Assembly (NCBI GenBank): GCA_963663225.1
Contig: OY760142.1
Span: forward strand, 2,560,001-2,624,000
Direction of reading: 5' to 3'
DNA: 64,000 nt
From: Nitrospirota bacterium
GTDB taxonomy: Bacteria > Nitrospirota > UBA9217
Numbering within the stretch: position 1 is the stretch's first letter; each line of letters opens with the position of its first letter. A program made the position numbers and the translations under genes. Positions 10,337 through 20,037 of the stretch are shown piece after piece. Below the pieces are notes generated by a model. That model saw only the letters and a list, made by a program, of their open reading frames with translations. It was not told where the DNA came from and ran no database searches.

Positions 10337-11412
10337 TCGGGCGCTGAGCAATTTTTTTCCAGTTTGAGAATGAAATGCGCTTGGTTCTTTTTTTCTGCAT
10401 TGATTTCGCCACCGTGAAACATAGTTTCATCTTGGTTTCTGCACTTGATTATCTGCTTAATTTGAACCGTGCGGAGAGCGAACTCTTTTTTTAATGTTGC
10501 GATATTGGAACGATGCTGTCCGATTGCTGCGGATACGTGATGAGATTCCACCCAAAATACTGCTGTATCGCTGTTTTCTCTCGTTTCCTGCAAGGCCGAT
10601 CGCATCTTATCTAAAAAAATTGAAGACTCAACAAGCTGTCTGAACGCGGGATGATACGGACCTGCGACGATCGTGCCGGGTTCCTCCAACTCCTCGGTAG
10701 GTTGTATTCCCACCCGAGATACGTTGATTTCTGCCCGTTGAAATCTAATCAAAGCTGTTTTACACATGCGAACTGCATCCACAAGGGAGGCGGGTCGGTA
10801 TTTCCCGTCATTATAAAGTTGTTCGAGAATGGTGTCTTTTATCACAAGAAGAGGGTACAGACGAACAAAATCGGGTTTTAGCGCGATGATCAAATCTATT
10901 GTCTTTAAAAAACGCTCAGGAGAATCGCCCGGCAGGCCAAGCATCACCTGAAGGCCAATGCTCATGTTAAGCTCTTTTAGAATTTTTACAGAATCTATTG
11001 TGTCAACGGCAGTGTGACCACGTCCTGCAAGGAGAAGAACGCTGTCATCCATGGATTGCACACCCAGCTCAATTGTGCAAACATGGTGCTGCTGCAGAAA
11101 CCTGACCCCAGATCGGGTTATACAATCCGGCCTGGTAGACAGTGAAATTCCCTGCACCGCACCGGCATGGATAAATGGCTGGACAGCCTTCAAATATGCA
11201 TCTTGATCTTCACAAGGCAGAGCCGTAAAACTTCCTCCATAAAATGCGACATATACAGGGCCGTTCTTTTTTCGTGTGCTGAGATATTTTTTTATTGTAT
11301 CGGGTATGGATGTTTGGCCGCTTGACTTTGCCTGGCCAATGATTCTATTCTGGTTGCAGAAAATGCATTGATGGCGGCAGCCTGAGTGAGGTATGAAAAA
11401 AGGGATGATCAT
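10333..11412 (-). CDS. Radical SAM protein (Elp3/YhcC-like group commonly found next to rnc)
   Basis: CRHQCIFC (CxxxCxxC), FYGGSFT, STRPD, ELGVQS, GPYHPAFRQLVES. Confidence 0.85.
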   Translation of the reverse strand: MIIPFFIPHSGCRHQCIFCNQNRIIGQAKSSGQTSIPDTIKKYLSTRKKNGPVYVAFYGGSFTALPCEDQDAYLKAVQPFIHAGAVQGISLSTRPDCITRSGVRFLQQHHVCTIELGVQSMDDSVLLLAGRGHTAVDTIDSVKILKELNMSIGLQVMLGLPGDSPERFLKTIDLIIALKPDFVRLYPLLVIKDTILEQLYNDGKYRPASLVDAVRMCKTALIRFQRAEINVSRVGIQPTEELEEPGTIVAGPYHPAFRQLVESSIFLDKMRSALQETRENSDTAVFWVESHHVSAAIGQHRSNIATLKKEFALRTVQIKQIIKCRNQDETMFHGGEINAEKKNQAHFILKLEKNCSAPD

Positions 11413-11437
11413 GTAGCCGAAAAGAATGCTTCATGCT

Positions 11438-12166
11438 TTAAGAGTTTTTGTTGCCTGTTTCTGCTGATTTATCAGAACGGACAGCGCCGGAAAAACTGAT
11501 AAAGGCTTCTTTGGCCGCGCACTGTTCAGCTTCTTTTTTGCTTTTTCCCGATCCCCGGCCAAAAAAAACATTTTGAATAAAAATTTCCACTTCAAAACGT
11601 TTCCGGTGCTCCGGACCTATTTCAGAAACGATACGGTATTCGGGCAGTTGCTTCAACCGTATTTGGCAGAGTTCCTGGAGTGCCGTTTTATAGTCAAGAA
11701 TGGTTGAAGTGACGGATATTTTTTTTATTATATCACTGAAGGCCCGGAGAAAGAACGGTTTGCAAGCTTCCATGCCTGCGTCAAGATAGACGGCTGCGGT
11801 AAGGGCTTCAAGGCTGTTTGCGAGGAGTGAACCTTTTTCCCGGCCACCGGTCAGCTCTTCTCCTCTGCCGAGCAGAAGAAAGTCTCCGAGATTAAGTTTC
11901 CGTGCGACTGCTGCAAGTGACTGTTCGTTTACAACAGCTGCTCGAAATTTAGAAAGATCGCCTTCCTGTGCAGCGGGGCAGAGTATCATGAGGTATTCGC
12001 TCACGATGAGATTGAGAACGGCATCACCAAGAAACTCCATCCGTTCGTTGTGGGTGGAAGCTTTATTTTCGTTAGCGTAGGATTTATGCGTGAGAGCTCG
12101 CTTGAGAAGATCAATATCTTTGAAAAAATACGATATCTCTTGCTGGATACCCTCGCAACCGCGCAT
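11438..12166 (-). CDS. rnc: Ribonuclease III
   Basis: NERMEFLGDAVL signature and C-terminal dsRBD; start moved to ATG 12166, just past the fabF stop. Confidence 0.95.
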   Translation of the reverse strand: MRGCEGIQQEISYFFKDIDLLKRALTHKSYANENKASTHNERMEFLGDAVLNLIVSEYLMILCPAAQEGDLSKFRAAVVNEQSLAAVARKLNLGDFLLLGRGEELTGGREKGSLLANSLEALTAAVYLDAGMEACKPFFLRAFSDIIKKISVTSTILDYKTALQELCQIRLKQLPEYRIVSEIGPEHRKRFEVEIFIQNVFFGRGSGKSKKEAEQCAAKEAFISFSGAVRSDKSAETGNKNS

Positions 12167-12167
12167 T

Positions 12168-13409
12168 TTAAGGCCTGAATTTCTTGAACACCACGCAGGC
12201 ATTCGTGCCGCCGAATCCGAAGGAGTTGGACATGGCGACATGTACTTGCGCTTCCCGTGCTTTTCCGGGAATATAATCAAGGTCGCACTCGGGATCCGGG
12301 TTTTCAAGGTTAATGGTCGGCGGAAGTATTCCACGATTGAGGGCCAAGACGGAAATTACTGCCTCCACACCTCCGGCTGCGCCGAGCAAATGACCTGTCA
12401 TGGATTTTGTGGAACTTACCGCTATTTTATAGGCATGATCGCCAAATACCGTTTTTATAGCGGCCGTTTCATTTTCGTCGTTAAATTTTGTGGAAGTACC
12501 ATGGGCATTAATGTATTCCATTTCACCGGGCGTAACACGGGCGTCATGAATTGCCATTTTCATGCATCGGGCAGCGCCTTCCCCGTTCGGGGCGGGTGAT
12601 GTCATATGATATGCATCTCCGGTCATACCATAGCCAACAATTTCTGCCAAAATGACGGCGCCGCGTTTCCGGGCATGTTCCAAATCTTCAAGGATCATAA
12701 CTCCCGACCCTTCACCCATGACAAAACCATCGCGTTCAGCGTCGAAGGGGCGGCTGGCTCGTTGTGGTTCGTTGTTTCTGGTTGAGAGGGCCTTCATGGC
12801 GTTGAAACCGCCGACTCCGAGAGGGCAGATGCAGGATTCCGTGCCACCGGCCATCATGGCAAGAGCATCACCGCGTTGGATGATTTTAAACGCATCTCCG
12901 ATGGAGTGAGTCCCTGTTGCGCATGCGGTGACCACACAAGAGTTTGGTCCTTTCATGCCATAGCGGATGGAAATCTGGCCGGACGCCAGATTAACAATCA
13001 GCATGGGAATGAAAAAAGGGGATATTTTGCGATGGCCGCTCGCAAGATATATTTTGTGGTATTTTTCTATGGCGGGCAGTCCACCCATTCCGGAACTCAC
13101 CAGGACGCCTATATGTTCGGCATTTTCTTGCGTGACGGTAAGACCGGATTGATCCATAGCCATTTGACTCGCCGCAATTGCAAGATGTATAAAACGGTCC
13201 ATTTTTTTGATTTCTTTTGCATCAATGTACGCGTTTGGATCGAAGCCGTGTATTTCTCCTGCAATCTGTGTCGGGATGGTTTTGTCGTCGAATTGAGTAA
13301 TCGGGCCGATTCCCGATTTGCCTGAAATCAGACCTTCCCAAGACTTTTCGGTGTCCAAGCCAACAGGGGTTACCATCCCAACGCCGGTGACCACAACTCT
13401 TCTCATCAA
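12168..13409 (-). CDS. fabF: 3-oxoacyl-ACP synthase II
   Basis: [34 protein letters not shown]. Confidence 0.97.
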   Translation of the reverse strand: MMRRVVVTGVGMVTPVGLDTEKSWEGLISGKSGIGPITQFDDKTIPTQIAGEIHGFDPNAYIDAKEIKKMDRFIHLAIAASQMAMDQSGLTVTQENAEHIGVLVSSGMGGLPAIEKYHKIYLASGHRKISPFFIPMLIVNLASGQISIRYGMKGPNSCVVTACATGTHSIGDAFKIIQRGDALAMMAGGTESCICPLGVGGFNAMKALSTRNNEPQRASRPFDAERDGFVMGEGSGVMILEDLEHARKRGAVILAEIVGYGMTGDAYHMTSPAPNGEGAARCMKMAIHDARVTPGEMEYINAHGTSTKFNDENETAAIKTVFGDHAYKIAVSSTKSMTGHLLGAAGGVEAVISVLALNRGILPPTINLENPDPECDLDYIPGKAREAQVHVAMSNSFGFGGTNACVVFKKFRP

Positions 13410-13499
13410 ATGAATGTACCTCCTGCCTCATCCTATGTAAAGCCAGAAGCATTATCACTTCACAGCGGTATTGAAGGATTCTTCTGGGTTTTGATTTTC

Positions 13500-13540
13500 A
13501 AAAAGAGATGCGGCATATAACTGCAACCGCATCTCTTTTT
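13500..13540 (-). terminator. Intrinsic terminator/attenuator between acpP and fabF
   Basis: AAAAAGAGATGCGG...CCGCATCTCTTTTT inverted repeat. Confidence 0.75.
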
Positions 13541-13552
13541 CAGAAAGGAAAC

Positions 13553-13855
<303 letters not shown>

Positions 13856-13859
13856 TTAA

Positions 13860-14600
13860 TTACATATACATTCCGCCGTTAACATGAATTACCTGGCCTG
13901 TAATGTAGGAAGCCAACGGTGACGCAAGGAAGCGAACAGCATTTGCGACATCCTCTGGTGTGCCGAGCTTGCCCATGGGAATTTGCTTTGCCAGCTCTTC
14001 TTTTACGGTGTCGGAAAGCGATTGGGTCATGGCTGTATCAATAAATCCGGGTGCAACAGCGTTTGCCGTGATTCCACGATTGGCGTATTCCCTTGCAATG
14101 GTTTTGGTAAGACCGATAAGACCTGCCTTAGAGGCCACATAATTAGCCTGTCCTGCATTGCCCATAGCCCCCACAATTGAAGCGATATTGATAATGGTGC
14201 CGCTTCGTTGTTTCGTCATATGTTTCAGGGCTGCTTTGGAGCACAGAAAAGCACCTTTCAAGTTGATGCTGAGTACAAGATCCCAATCTTCATCTTTCAT
14301 GCGCAGAATCAGCCCGTCTCTGGTAATTCCTGCGTTATTGATGAGCAGATCAATCTTGCCGAACTCCTTAATGACTTGATCGATCATGGCTGCAACTTCA
14401 TCTGCAGCAGCTACATTTGCCTTGAGCGCAAGGGATTTTCTGCCTGTAGTTTGAATATCCCCAGCGGTTTTTTGTGCCATTTCCAGATTCACGTCACAGA
14501 CTGCCACATCAGCTCCATCGGCAGCCAGTGCAAGTGCAATTTGTTTTCCGATGCCCTGCGCTGCGCCGGTCACGAGAGCAGCTTTACCGGTGAGATTCAT
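13860..14600 (-). CDS. fabG: 3-oxoacyl-ACP reductase
   Basis: TGAAQGIG, NNAGITRD, GQANYVASK. Confidence 0.96.
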   Translation of the reverse strand: MNLTGKAALVTGAAQGIGKQIALALAADGADVAVCDVNLEMAQKTAGDIQTTGRKSLALKANVAAADEVAAMIDQVIKEFGKIDLLINNAGITRDGLILRMKDEDWDLVLSINLKGAFLCSKAALKHMTKQRSGTIINIASIVGAMGNAGQANYVASKAGLIGLTKTIAREYANRGITANAVAPGFIDTAMTQSLSDTVKEELAKQIPMGKLGTPEDVANAVRFLASPLASYITGQVIHVNGGMYM

Positions 14601-14695
14601 TGTTTCTCCTTAAAGTGATACTTTCCTGCCGTGTTAAAAGAAGCACCCGAGAGAGCAGAGGGGTAAAATGGATACTCCCGATCTGCCTTCCGCGT

Positions 14696-15628
14696 TTAAA
14701 CACCGATAACGTTGAGCGTATCGCTCATGCTTTTTTGGTCTTCAACGTTCAGTACTTTTGCCGTTTTGGCAATACGTTTCACGAGCCCGGAAAGGACCTT
14801 GCCCGGTCCGATTTCAACAAAAGTATCATACCCATCCGCAACCATAGCGGTGATCGAGTCTTCCCAGTAAAGAGGGAAACTGATCTGTTTGACAAGAGAA
14901 TGTTTGAGTTCTGCAGCTGTACGGAGAAATAGTGCATCCGCGTTGTTTACAATAGGGATACGGAGGTCGTTGATCTTAACTCTTTCAAGCTCCTGTGCCA
15001 AACGTTCGCCCGCCTGCTTCATTAATGCGCAGTGCGAAGGAACACTTACGGCAAGAGGCATTACTTTTTTTGCCCCTCCTGCCTTGGCAAGCTCCATAGC
15101 TTTTTCCACGGCTTTTTTTTCGCCGGCGATAACAATCTGGCCTGGAGAGTTGTAATTTGCAGGGGCAACTATACCATTTTTGGCCGCTTCAAGGCAAGTT
15201 TTTTCTAGATCCTGCCGTTCCATGCCCAGAATGGCGGCCATTAATCCAGTGCCTGCCGGGACGGCCTCCTGCATAAAACGGCCGCGTTTTTGCACCAGTG
15301 AAATTGCATCGGCCAATTCAAATCCTTCAGCAGCAGTTATGGCGGTATATTCTCCCAAGCTGTGACCTGCTGCTGCAGTCGCTTGCAGTCCGCGCCGCTC
15401 GATCGGTCGTAACAGAGCAATGCTTGCCGCGAGCAATGCAGGCTGGGTATTTTCCGTGAGGTTTAATTTTTCAACCGGACCATGAAAACAAAGTTGTTCA
15501 AGATCATATCCGAGCACTGTACTTGCAATCTCAAAGACTTCTTTTGCTTCTTTGAAATTCTCGACGAACTCTTTTGCCATGCCGAGATACTGTGATCCCT
15601 GGCCGGGAAACATAATTGCAATTTTCAT
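14696..15628 (-). CDS. fabD: Malonyl-CoA:ACP transacylase
   Basis: FPGQGSQ, GHSLGEY, VSVPSH, EIGPGKVL. Confidence 0.97.
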   Translation of the reverse strand: MKIAIMFPGQGSQYLGMAKEFVENFKEAKEVFEIASTVLGYDLEQLCFHGPVEKLNLTENTQPALLAASIALLRPIERRGLQATAAAGHSLGEYTAITAAEGFELADAISLVQKRGRFMQEAVPAGTGLMAAILGMERQDLEKTCLEAAKNGIVAPANYNSPGQIVIAGEKKAVEKAMELAKAGGAKKVMPLAVSVPSHCALMKQAGERLAQELERVKINDLRIPIVNNADALFLRTAAELKHSLVKQISFPLYWEDSITAMVADGYDTFVEIGPGKVLSGLVKRIAKTAKVLNVEDQKSMSDTLNVIGV

Positions 15629-15694
15629 TGCTGACCCCTCTAAAAACCGATTACTGTGGTTGCAGAATATTTCAGATGCAAAAAAAAGAAGAAT

Positions 15695-16888
15695 TTATCC
15701 CCTCAGCTCCTTAAATTTCCTGATCATAATCGGCACGACTTCCATGACATCGCCTACAATACCATACGTTGCCACGTTAAAGATAGGGGCATGCGGGTCT
15801 TTGTTGATTGCGACGATTACATCGGATGATTGCATGCCGGCAAGGTGTTGAATGGCTCCGGATATACCGCATGCGATATACAGCTTGGGGCAAACGGTTT
15901 TACCGGTCTGGCCGACTTGGTGCGAGTAGGGTATCCATCCCTCATCTACCGCTGCTCGTGAAGCGCCCACAGCGCCGCCTATCGTTTTTGCCAGTTCTTC
16001 GAGAAGGGCAAAATTCTTCGGATCAGAAAGACCGCGGCCGCCTGATACGATAATATCGGCTTCACAGATATTCACCGTTTGTGTTATGTCTTCAATGGTT
16101 TTGGTAACCCTTGTCCGGAGGCATTGTTGTTCTTTGAAGGAAACAGGGATGATTTCTCCTTTACGCGACGAATCGGGGTCTGCTTTTTTCATTACTTTAT
16201 GCCGGACGGTTGCCACTTGCGGCCGATGATGCGGAGTGACGATGGTGGCCATGATATTTCCCCCGAACGCGGGCCGGGTCTGCAGCAGATTTCCATTTTC
16301 AGGATCAATATCGAGCGAAGTGCAGTCAGCCGTGAGTCCGGTATGCAGAGCACAGGCTACTTTGGGAATAAAGGAACGACCGATTGCGGTGGCTCCCGCG
16401 AGAATAATTTCAGGCTTGTGGAGCTTGGCCAATGTCGTGAGTATTGCGCTGTATGGATCATCGTTGAAATCTTGCAGTGCGGGATCGTCAGCGACGTATA
16501 CGGTATCAGCGCCATAAGCGATAAGATCTTTTGCCTTCTCGCCGATGTTATGGCCGATAAATACCGCGGTAAGCTTGGCGTTTCTTTTGTCAGCAAGTTT
16601 TCTGCCTTCGCCCAGAAGTTCGAGCGTCACGCTGGAGATAGAGGATTTATGCTGCTCGGCAAATACCCAAACCCCCTTGTAAGCAGAAATATCTGCTGCT
16701 ACAGCCGCCGGTTCTTCTTCAGTTCGTTCGATGGCTTTGAGCTCACAAGCGTCGACGCAGGCACCGCAAATTGTACAATTATCATTGATGAATGCTTTTC
16801 CGTCACGCATCTCGATTGCGCTGAACGGACAGCTGGATATGCAGACTTCGCAGCCCGTACATTTATCGAGAATGATTTTTATACCCAC
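15695..16888 (-). CDS. etfA: Electron transfer flavoprotein alpha subunit with N-terminal 2x[4Fe-4S] ferredoxin domain
   Basis: CTGCEVCISSCP and CTICGACVDAC clusters; TGLTADCT, TRPAFGGN, QVGQTGK, GISGAIQH. Confidence 0.93.
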   Translation of the reverse strand: MGIKIILDKCTGCEVCISSCPFSAIEMRDGKAFINDNCTICGACVDACELKAIERTEEEPAAVAADISAYKGVWVFAEQHKSSISSVTLELLGEGRKLADKRNAKLTAVFIGHNIGEKAKDLIAYGADTVYVADDPALQDFNDDPYSAILTTLAKLHKPEIILAGATAIGRSFIPKVACALHTGLTADCTSLDIDPENGNLLQTRPAFGGNIMATIVTPHHRPQVATVRHKVMKKADPDSSRKGEIIPVSFKEQQCLRTRVTKTIEDITQTVNICEADIIVSGGRGLSDPKNFALLEELAKTIGGAVGASRAAVDEGWIPYSHQVGQTGKTVCPKLYIACGISGAIQHLAGMQSSDVIVAINKDPHAPIFNVATYGIVGDVMEVVPIMIRKFKELRG

Positions 16889-16948
16889 TGTTGACTCCTT
16901 TTACATGCAGAACCGTGGCAGCATATTACGGCGCTGTCATCCTTAATA

Positions 16949-17734
16949 TTATATCAGCGATTGTTCTTTTAATTTAGTTGCGACCTGTTCGACCTGCTGT
17001 TCAATGGTGCCGCTCAGAACCTCCCGTTGGCCACGAGGGGTAGGAGGGAAGATTTTTACGACTTTCGTCGGAGAACCTTTAAGTCCGCACAGATTTTCAT
17101 CAGCACTAATATCCTTAGCCGTCCAGACGGTAACCTTGAAATTTTTTGCTTTCATTTTACCTTTTAGCGACGGCAGGCGGGGTTCGTTGATTTCTTTGAC
17201 GACGCTGATTACGGCCGGGAGCGATGTCTCCACGACATCGTAGCCTTCATCCATCATGCGCTCGGCCAGCATTTTGCCGTTTTCGATCGACTCAATCTTC
17301 TTGATGAAGGCGACAAAGGGAACGCCGAGGACATCAGCAGTTTCAGGCCCCACCTGTGCGGTATCTCCGTCGATGGCTTGTTTGCCGGATATGACCAGGT
17401 CAAAGGCACCGATTTTTTTAATGCCTTTCGACAGCGTATACGAGGTCGCCCAGGTGTCTGAACCAGCAAAGGCCCTGTCTGAAAGGAGCACTGCGTCATC
17501 AACGCCGAGAGAAACGGCTTCTTTCAGCGCTTCGGCAGCCTGGGGCGGCCCCATGGAAAGGACAATTACTTTTCCGCCATGTTTTTCGCGCAGTCGAAGA
17601 GCCTCTTCAATGGCATACATATCATAGGGGTTGATGATGCTCGGCACACCGTCCCGAATAAGAGTATTCGTTTCGCGATTGATTTTTACTTCTGACGTAT
17701 CGGGGACTTGTTTGATTAATACGATTATATTCAT
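16949..17734 (-). CDS. etfB: Electron transfer flavoprotein beta subunit
   Basis: KQVPD, NPYD, SDRAFAGSDTWAT, GKQAIDGDTAQVG, NEPRLPS. Confidence 0.95.
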   Translation of the reverse strand: MNIIVLIKQVPDTSEVKINRETNTLIRDGVPSIINPYDMYAIEEALRLREKHGGKVIVLSMGPPQAAEALKEAVSLGVDDAVLLSDRAFAGSDTWATSYTLSKGIKKIGAFDLVISGKQAIDGDTAQVGPETADVLGVPFVAFIKKIESIENGKMLAERMMDEGYDVVETSLPAVISVVKEINEPRLPSLKGKMKAKNFKVTVWTAKDISADENLCGLKGSPTKVVKIFPPTPRGQREVLSGTIEQQVEQVATKLKEQSLI

Positions 17735-17833
17735 TTACTTTCTCCGAACTTCAAAAAACATCTTTATATCTCAGCAGCAACCAGGATATCTGTTATTCAT
17801 AAAAAGTCATCGGATCAGCTGTTACTGCCGGAA

Positions 17834-18991
17834 TTATTTTTGCTTCATAGCCGCCTTGATCATATCCAATGCAATGACATTTCTTTGGATCTGATTGGTG
17901 CCTTCATAAATTTGAAGGATTTTTGCATCCCGCATCATTTTTTCGACCGGATATTCTTTCATATACCCCGAACCGCCCATGACCTGTACAGCATCGGTGG
18001 TCACCCGCATGGCAGTGTCCGTTGCGAAAAGTTTTGCCATTGCTGATGCGCGAGAGATATCTTTTGCGCCGCTGTCTATGAAGCGTGCCACGGAATATAT
18101 AAGTGCACGAGCAGCTTCAGTCTGTGTTTGCATATCTGCAAGCATATGCTGGACGGCCTGGAAAGAAGCAACCGGTTGTCCGAACTGTACCCGTTGTTTC
18201 GCAAACTTGAGGGCTTCATTGATGGCGCCTTGTGCCACACCCACTCCCTGGGCGCCCACACCGGTCCTGGAACTGTCAAGCGTTTTCATGGTAACGATGA
18301 AACCCATTCCTTCCTTTGCGATCAGGTTTTCCTTCGGGATGCGGCAGTTGTTGAAAATCAGCTCAGTGGTGGATGAAGCGCGGATGCCCATCTTGTTTTC
18401 TTTTTTTCCAAAAGAAAATCCCGGTGTGCCTTTTTCCACGATGAACGCCGCCGCGCCGCGGTGCCCTTTTGACCGATCGGTAATGGCAATAACCGAGTAG
18501 ATTTCTGCTTCCCCGCCGTTTGTGATCCATTGCTTTGTGCCGTTCAGGACATATTCATTGCCATCAAGTTTTGCGGTTGTCTGTATGCCGCCGGCATCGC
18601 TTCCTGCATTGGCTTCAGTCAGTCCGAATCCAACGAGCCGTTTCCCTGCCGCGATGTCAGGAAGATACTTCTTTTTCTGGGCATCAGAACCGAACAGAAG
18701 AATAGGGTAGGTGCCCAGTGCATTGGCGGCATAACTTGTCGCAACCCCAACGCATGCTTTTGACAATTCTTCAACTGCGATGCAGAGCTCGAGGGTGTTT
18801 TTTCCGAGACCGCCATATTCCTCCGGAATAAACAAACCAAAAAGATCCGACTGCGCAAGTGCTTTCATGATGTCCCAAGGGAACTTGTTTTGCTCATCCA
18901 ATTCCGCGCGAACAGGCACAATTTTTTCTTCAGCGATCTGGCGTGCAAGGTCGCGAATCATTATCTGTTCTTCTGTCAGCAAGTAGTCCAT
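17834..18991 (-). CDS. Acyl-CoA dehydrogenase (butyryl-CoA/short-chain type)
   Basis: FGLTEANAGSDA, NGTKQWITNG, KMGIRAS, RVQFG, IYEGTNQIQR; ATG 18991 after GGAGG. Confidence 0.93.
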   Translation of the reverse strand: MDYLLTEEQIMIRDLARQIAEEKIVPVRAELDEQNKFPWDIMKALAQSDLFGLFIPEEYGGLGKNTLELCIAVEELSKACVGVATSYAANALGTYPILLFGSDAQKKKYLPDIAAGKRLVGFGLTEANAGSDAGGIQTTAKLDGNEYVLNGTKQWITNGGEAEIYSVIAITDRSKGHRGAAAFIVEKGTPGFSFGKKENKMGIRASSTTELIFNNCRIPKENLIAKEGMGFIVTMKTLDSSRTGVGAQGVGVAQGAINEALKFAKQRVQFGQPVASFQAVQHMLADMQTQTEAARALIYSVARFIDSGAKDISRASAMAKLFATDTAMRVTTDAVQVMGGSGYMKEYPVEKMMRDAKILQIYEGTNQIQRNVIALDMIKAAMKQK

Positions 18992-19056
18992 GTGGCGTCC
19001 TCCAGTAAGTTTCAAATTAAGAAAAAAGGCGGGAAATTAGTGTTGGTATGGCGATA

Positions 19057-20037
19057 TCACCATCGTATCAAGGCCGATCCCCACGTAAGCCCTCCACCAA
19101 ACGCTTCAAGCAAGACAAGATGATTGTCTTTTATTCTGCCGTCTCTGACCGCTTCATCAAGCGCCATGGGAATTGAAGCAGCAGACGTATTGCCGTATTT
19201 CGGGAGGGTGAGTACTACTTTTTCCATAGGCATCTTAAGTCGTTGGGCCATTGCCTGGATAATCCTCAGATTTGCCTGATGGGGGACAAGGAAATCAATA
19301 TCCTCATGTTTTAATTTATTATGCTCCAATGTTTCTTGCGCGACTTCTCCGAGTGCCCGGACCGCGGCCTTGAAGGTCTCATTTCCCTTCATTTTAATGA
19401 AGTGCAAACGCTTGTCTACGGTATCGTGAGATGCCGGATGAAGGGTCCCGCCGCCGGGGATGGAAAGCAAATGACCGAGAGCACCGTCCGAATGTAAATG
19501 GGTAGAGAGTACGCCATGCTTTCCAGCGAATCGCTGCAACACAACAGCACCCGCGCCGTCTCCAAAAAGCACGCAGGTAGTCCGGTCTTCCCAATCGGTG
19601 ATCCGGGACAGTATCTCAGAGCCGACCAAAAGAATATTTTTGCATGCTTCTGATTTGATATGTGCGCTTGCTATCGATAGGCCGTAAATGAAACCTGAAC
19701 AGGCGGCATAAATATCAAAGGCGGCAGCTTTTTTCGCACCGAGTTTATGCTGAAGCAGACATCCGCAGCTCGGCATGGCCATGTCCGGCGAGGTTGTCGC
19801 AATGATGATCATGTCCAGTTCCTGCGGAGATAATTTCGCCATTTTGAGTGCTTTCAGGGAGGCCTCGTAGGCGAGATCAGATGTGTTTTCGCTTTTATCC
19901 GCGATATGGCGCTGCTTGATGCCGGTGCGTTCAGTTATCCAGTCATCTGAAGTATCCAGCATCTTTTCCAGGTCATAGTTGGTGACGACCTTCCTGGGTG
20001 CATAGGATCCAATTCCGGTTATGCGTGCTTTTATCAT
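19057..20037 (-). CDS. fabH: 3-oxoacyl-ACP synthase III
   Basis: AACSGF, LFGDGAGA, PHQANLRI, GNTSAAS, FGGGLTWG. Confidence 0.97.
   Translation of the reverse strand: MIKARITGIGSYAPRKVVTNYDLEKMLDTSDDWITERTGIKQRHIADKSENTSDLAYEASLKALKMAKLSPQELDMIIIATTSPDMAMPSCGCLLQHKLGAKKAAAFDIYAACSGFIYGLSIASAHIKSEACKNILLVGSEILSRITDWEDRTTCVLFGDGAGAVVLQRFAGKHGVLSTHLHSDGALGHLLSIPGGGTLHPASHDTVDKRLHFIKMKGNETFKAAVRALGEVAQETLEHNKLKHEDIDFLVPHQANLRIIQAMAQRLKMPMEKVVLTLPKYGNTSAASIPMALDEAVRDGRIKDNHLVLLEAFGGGLTWGSALIRW

Noticed and set aside
12167-12334. N-terminally extended RNase III overlapping fabF
   Set aside because: ATG 12166 right after the fabF stop gives a normal-length protein; the extension is an ORF-calling artefact
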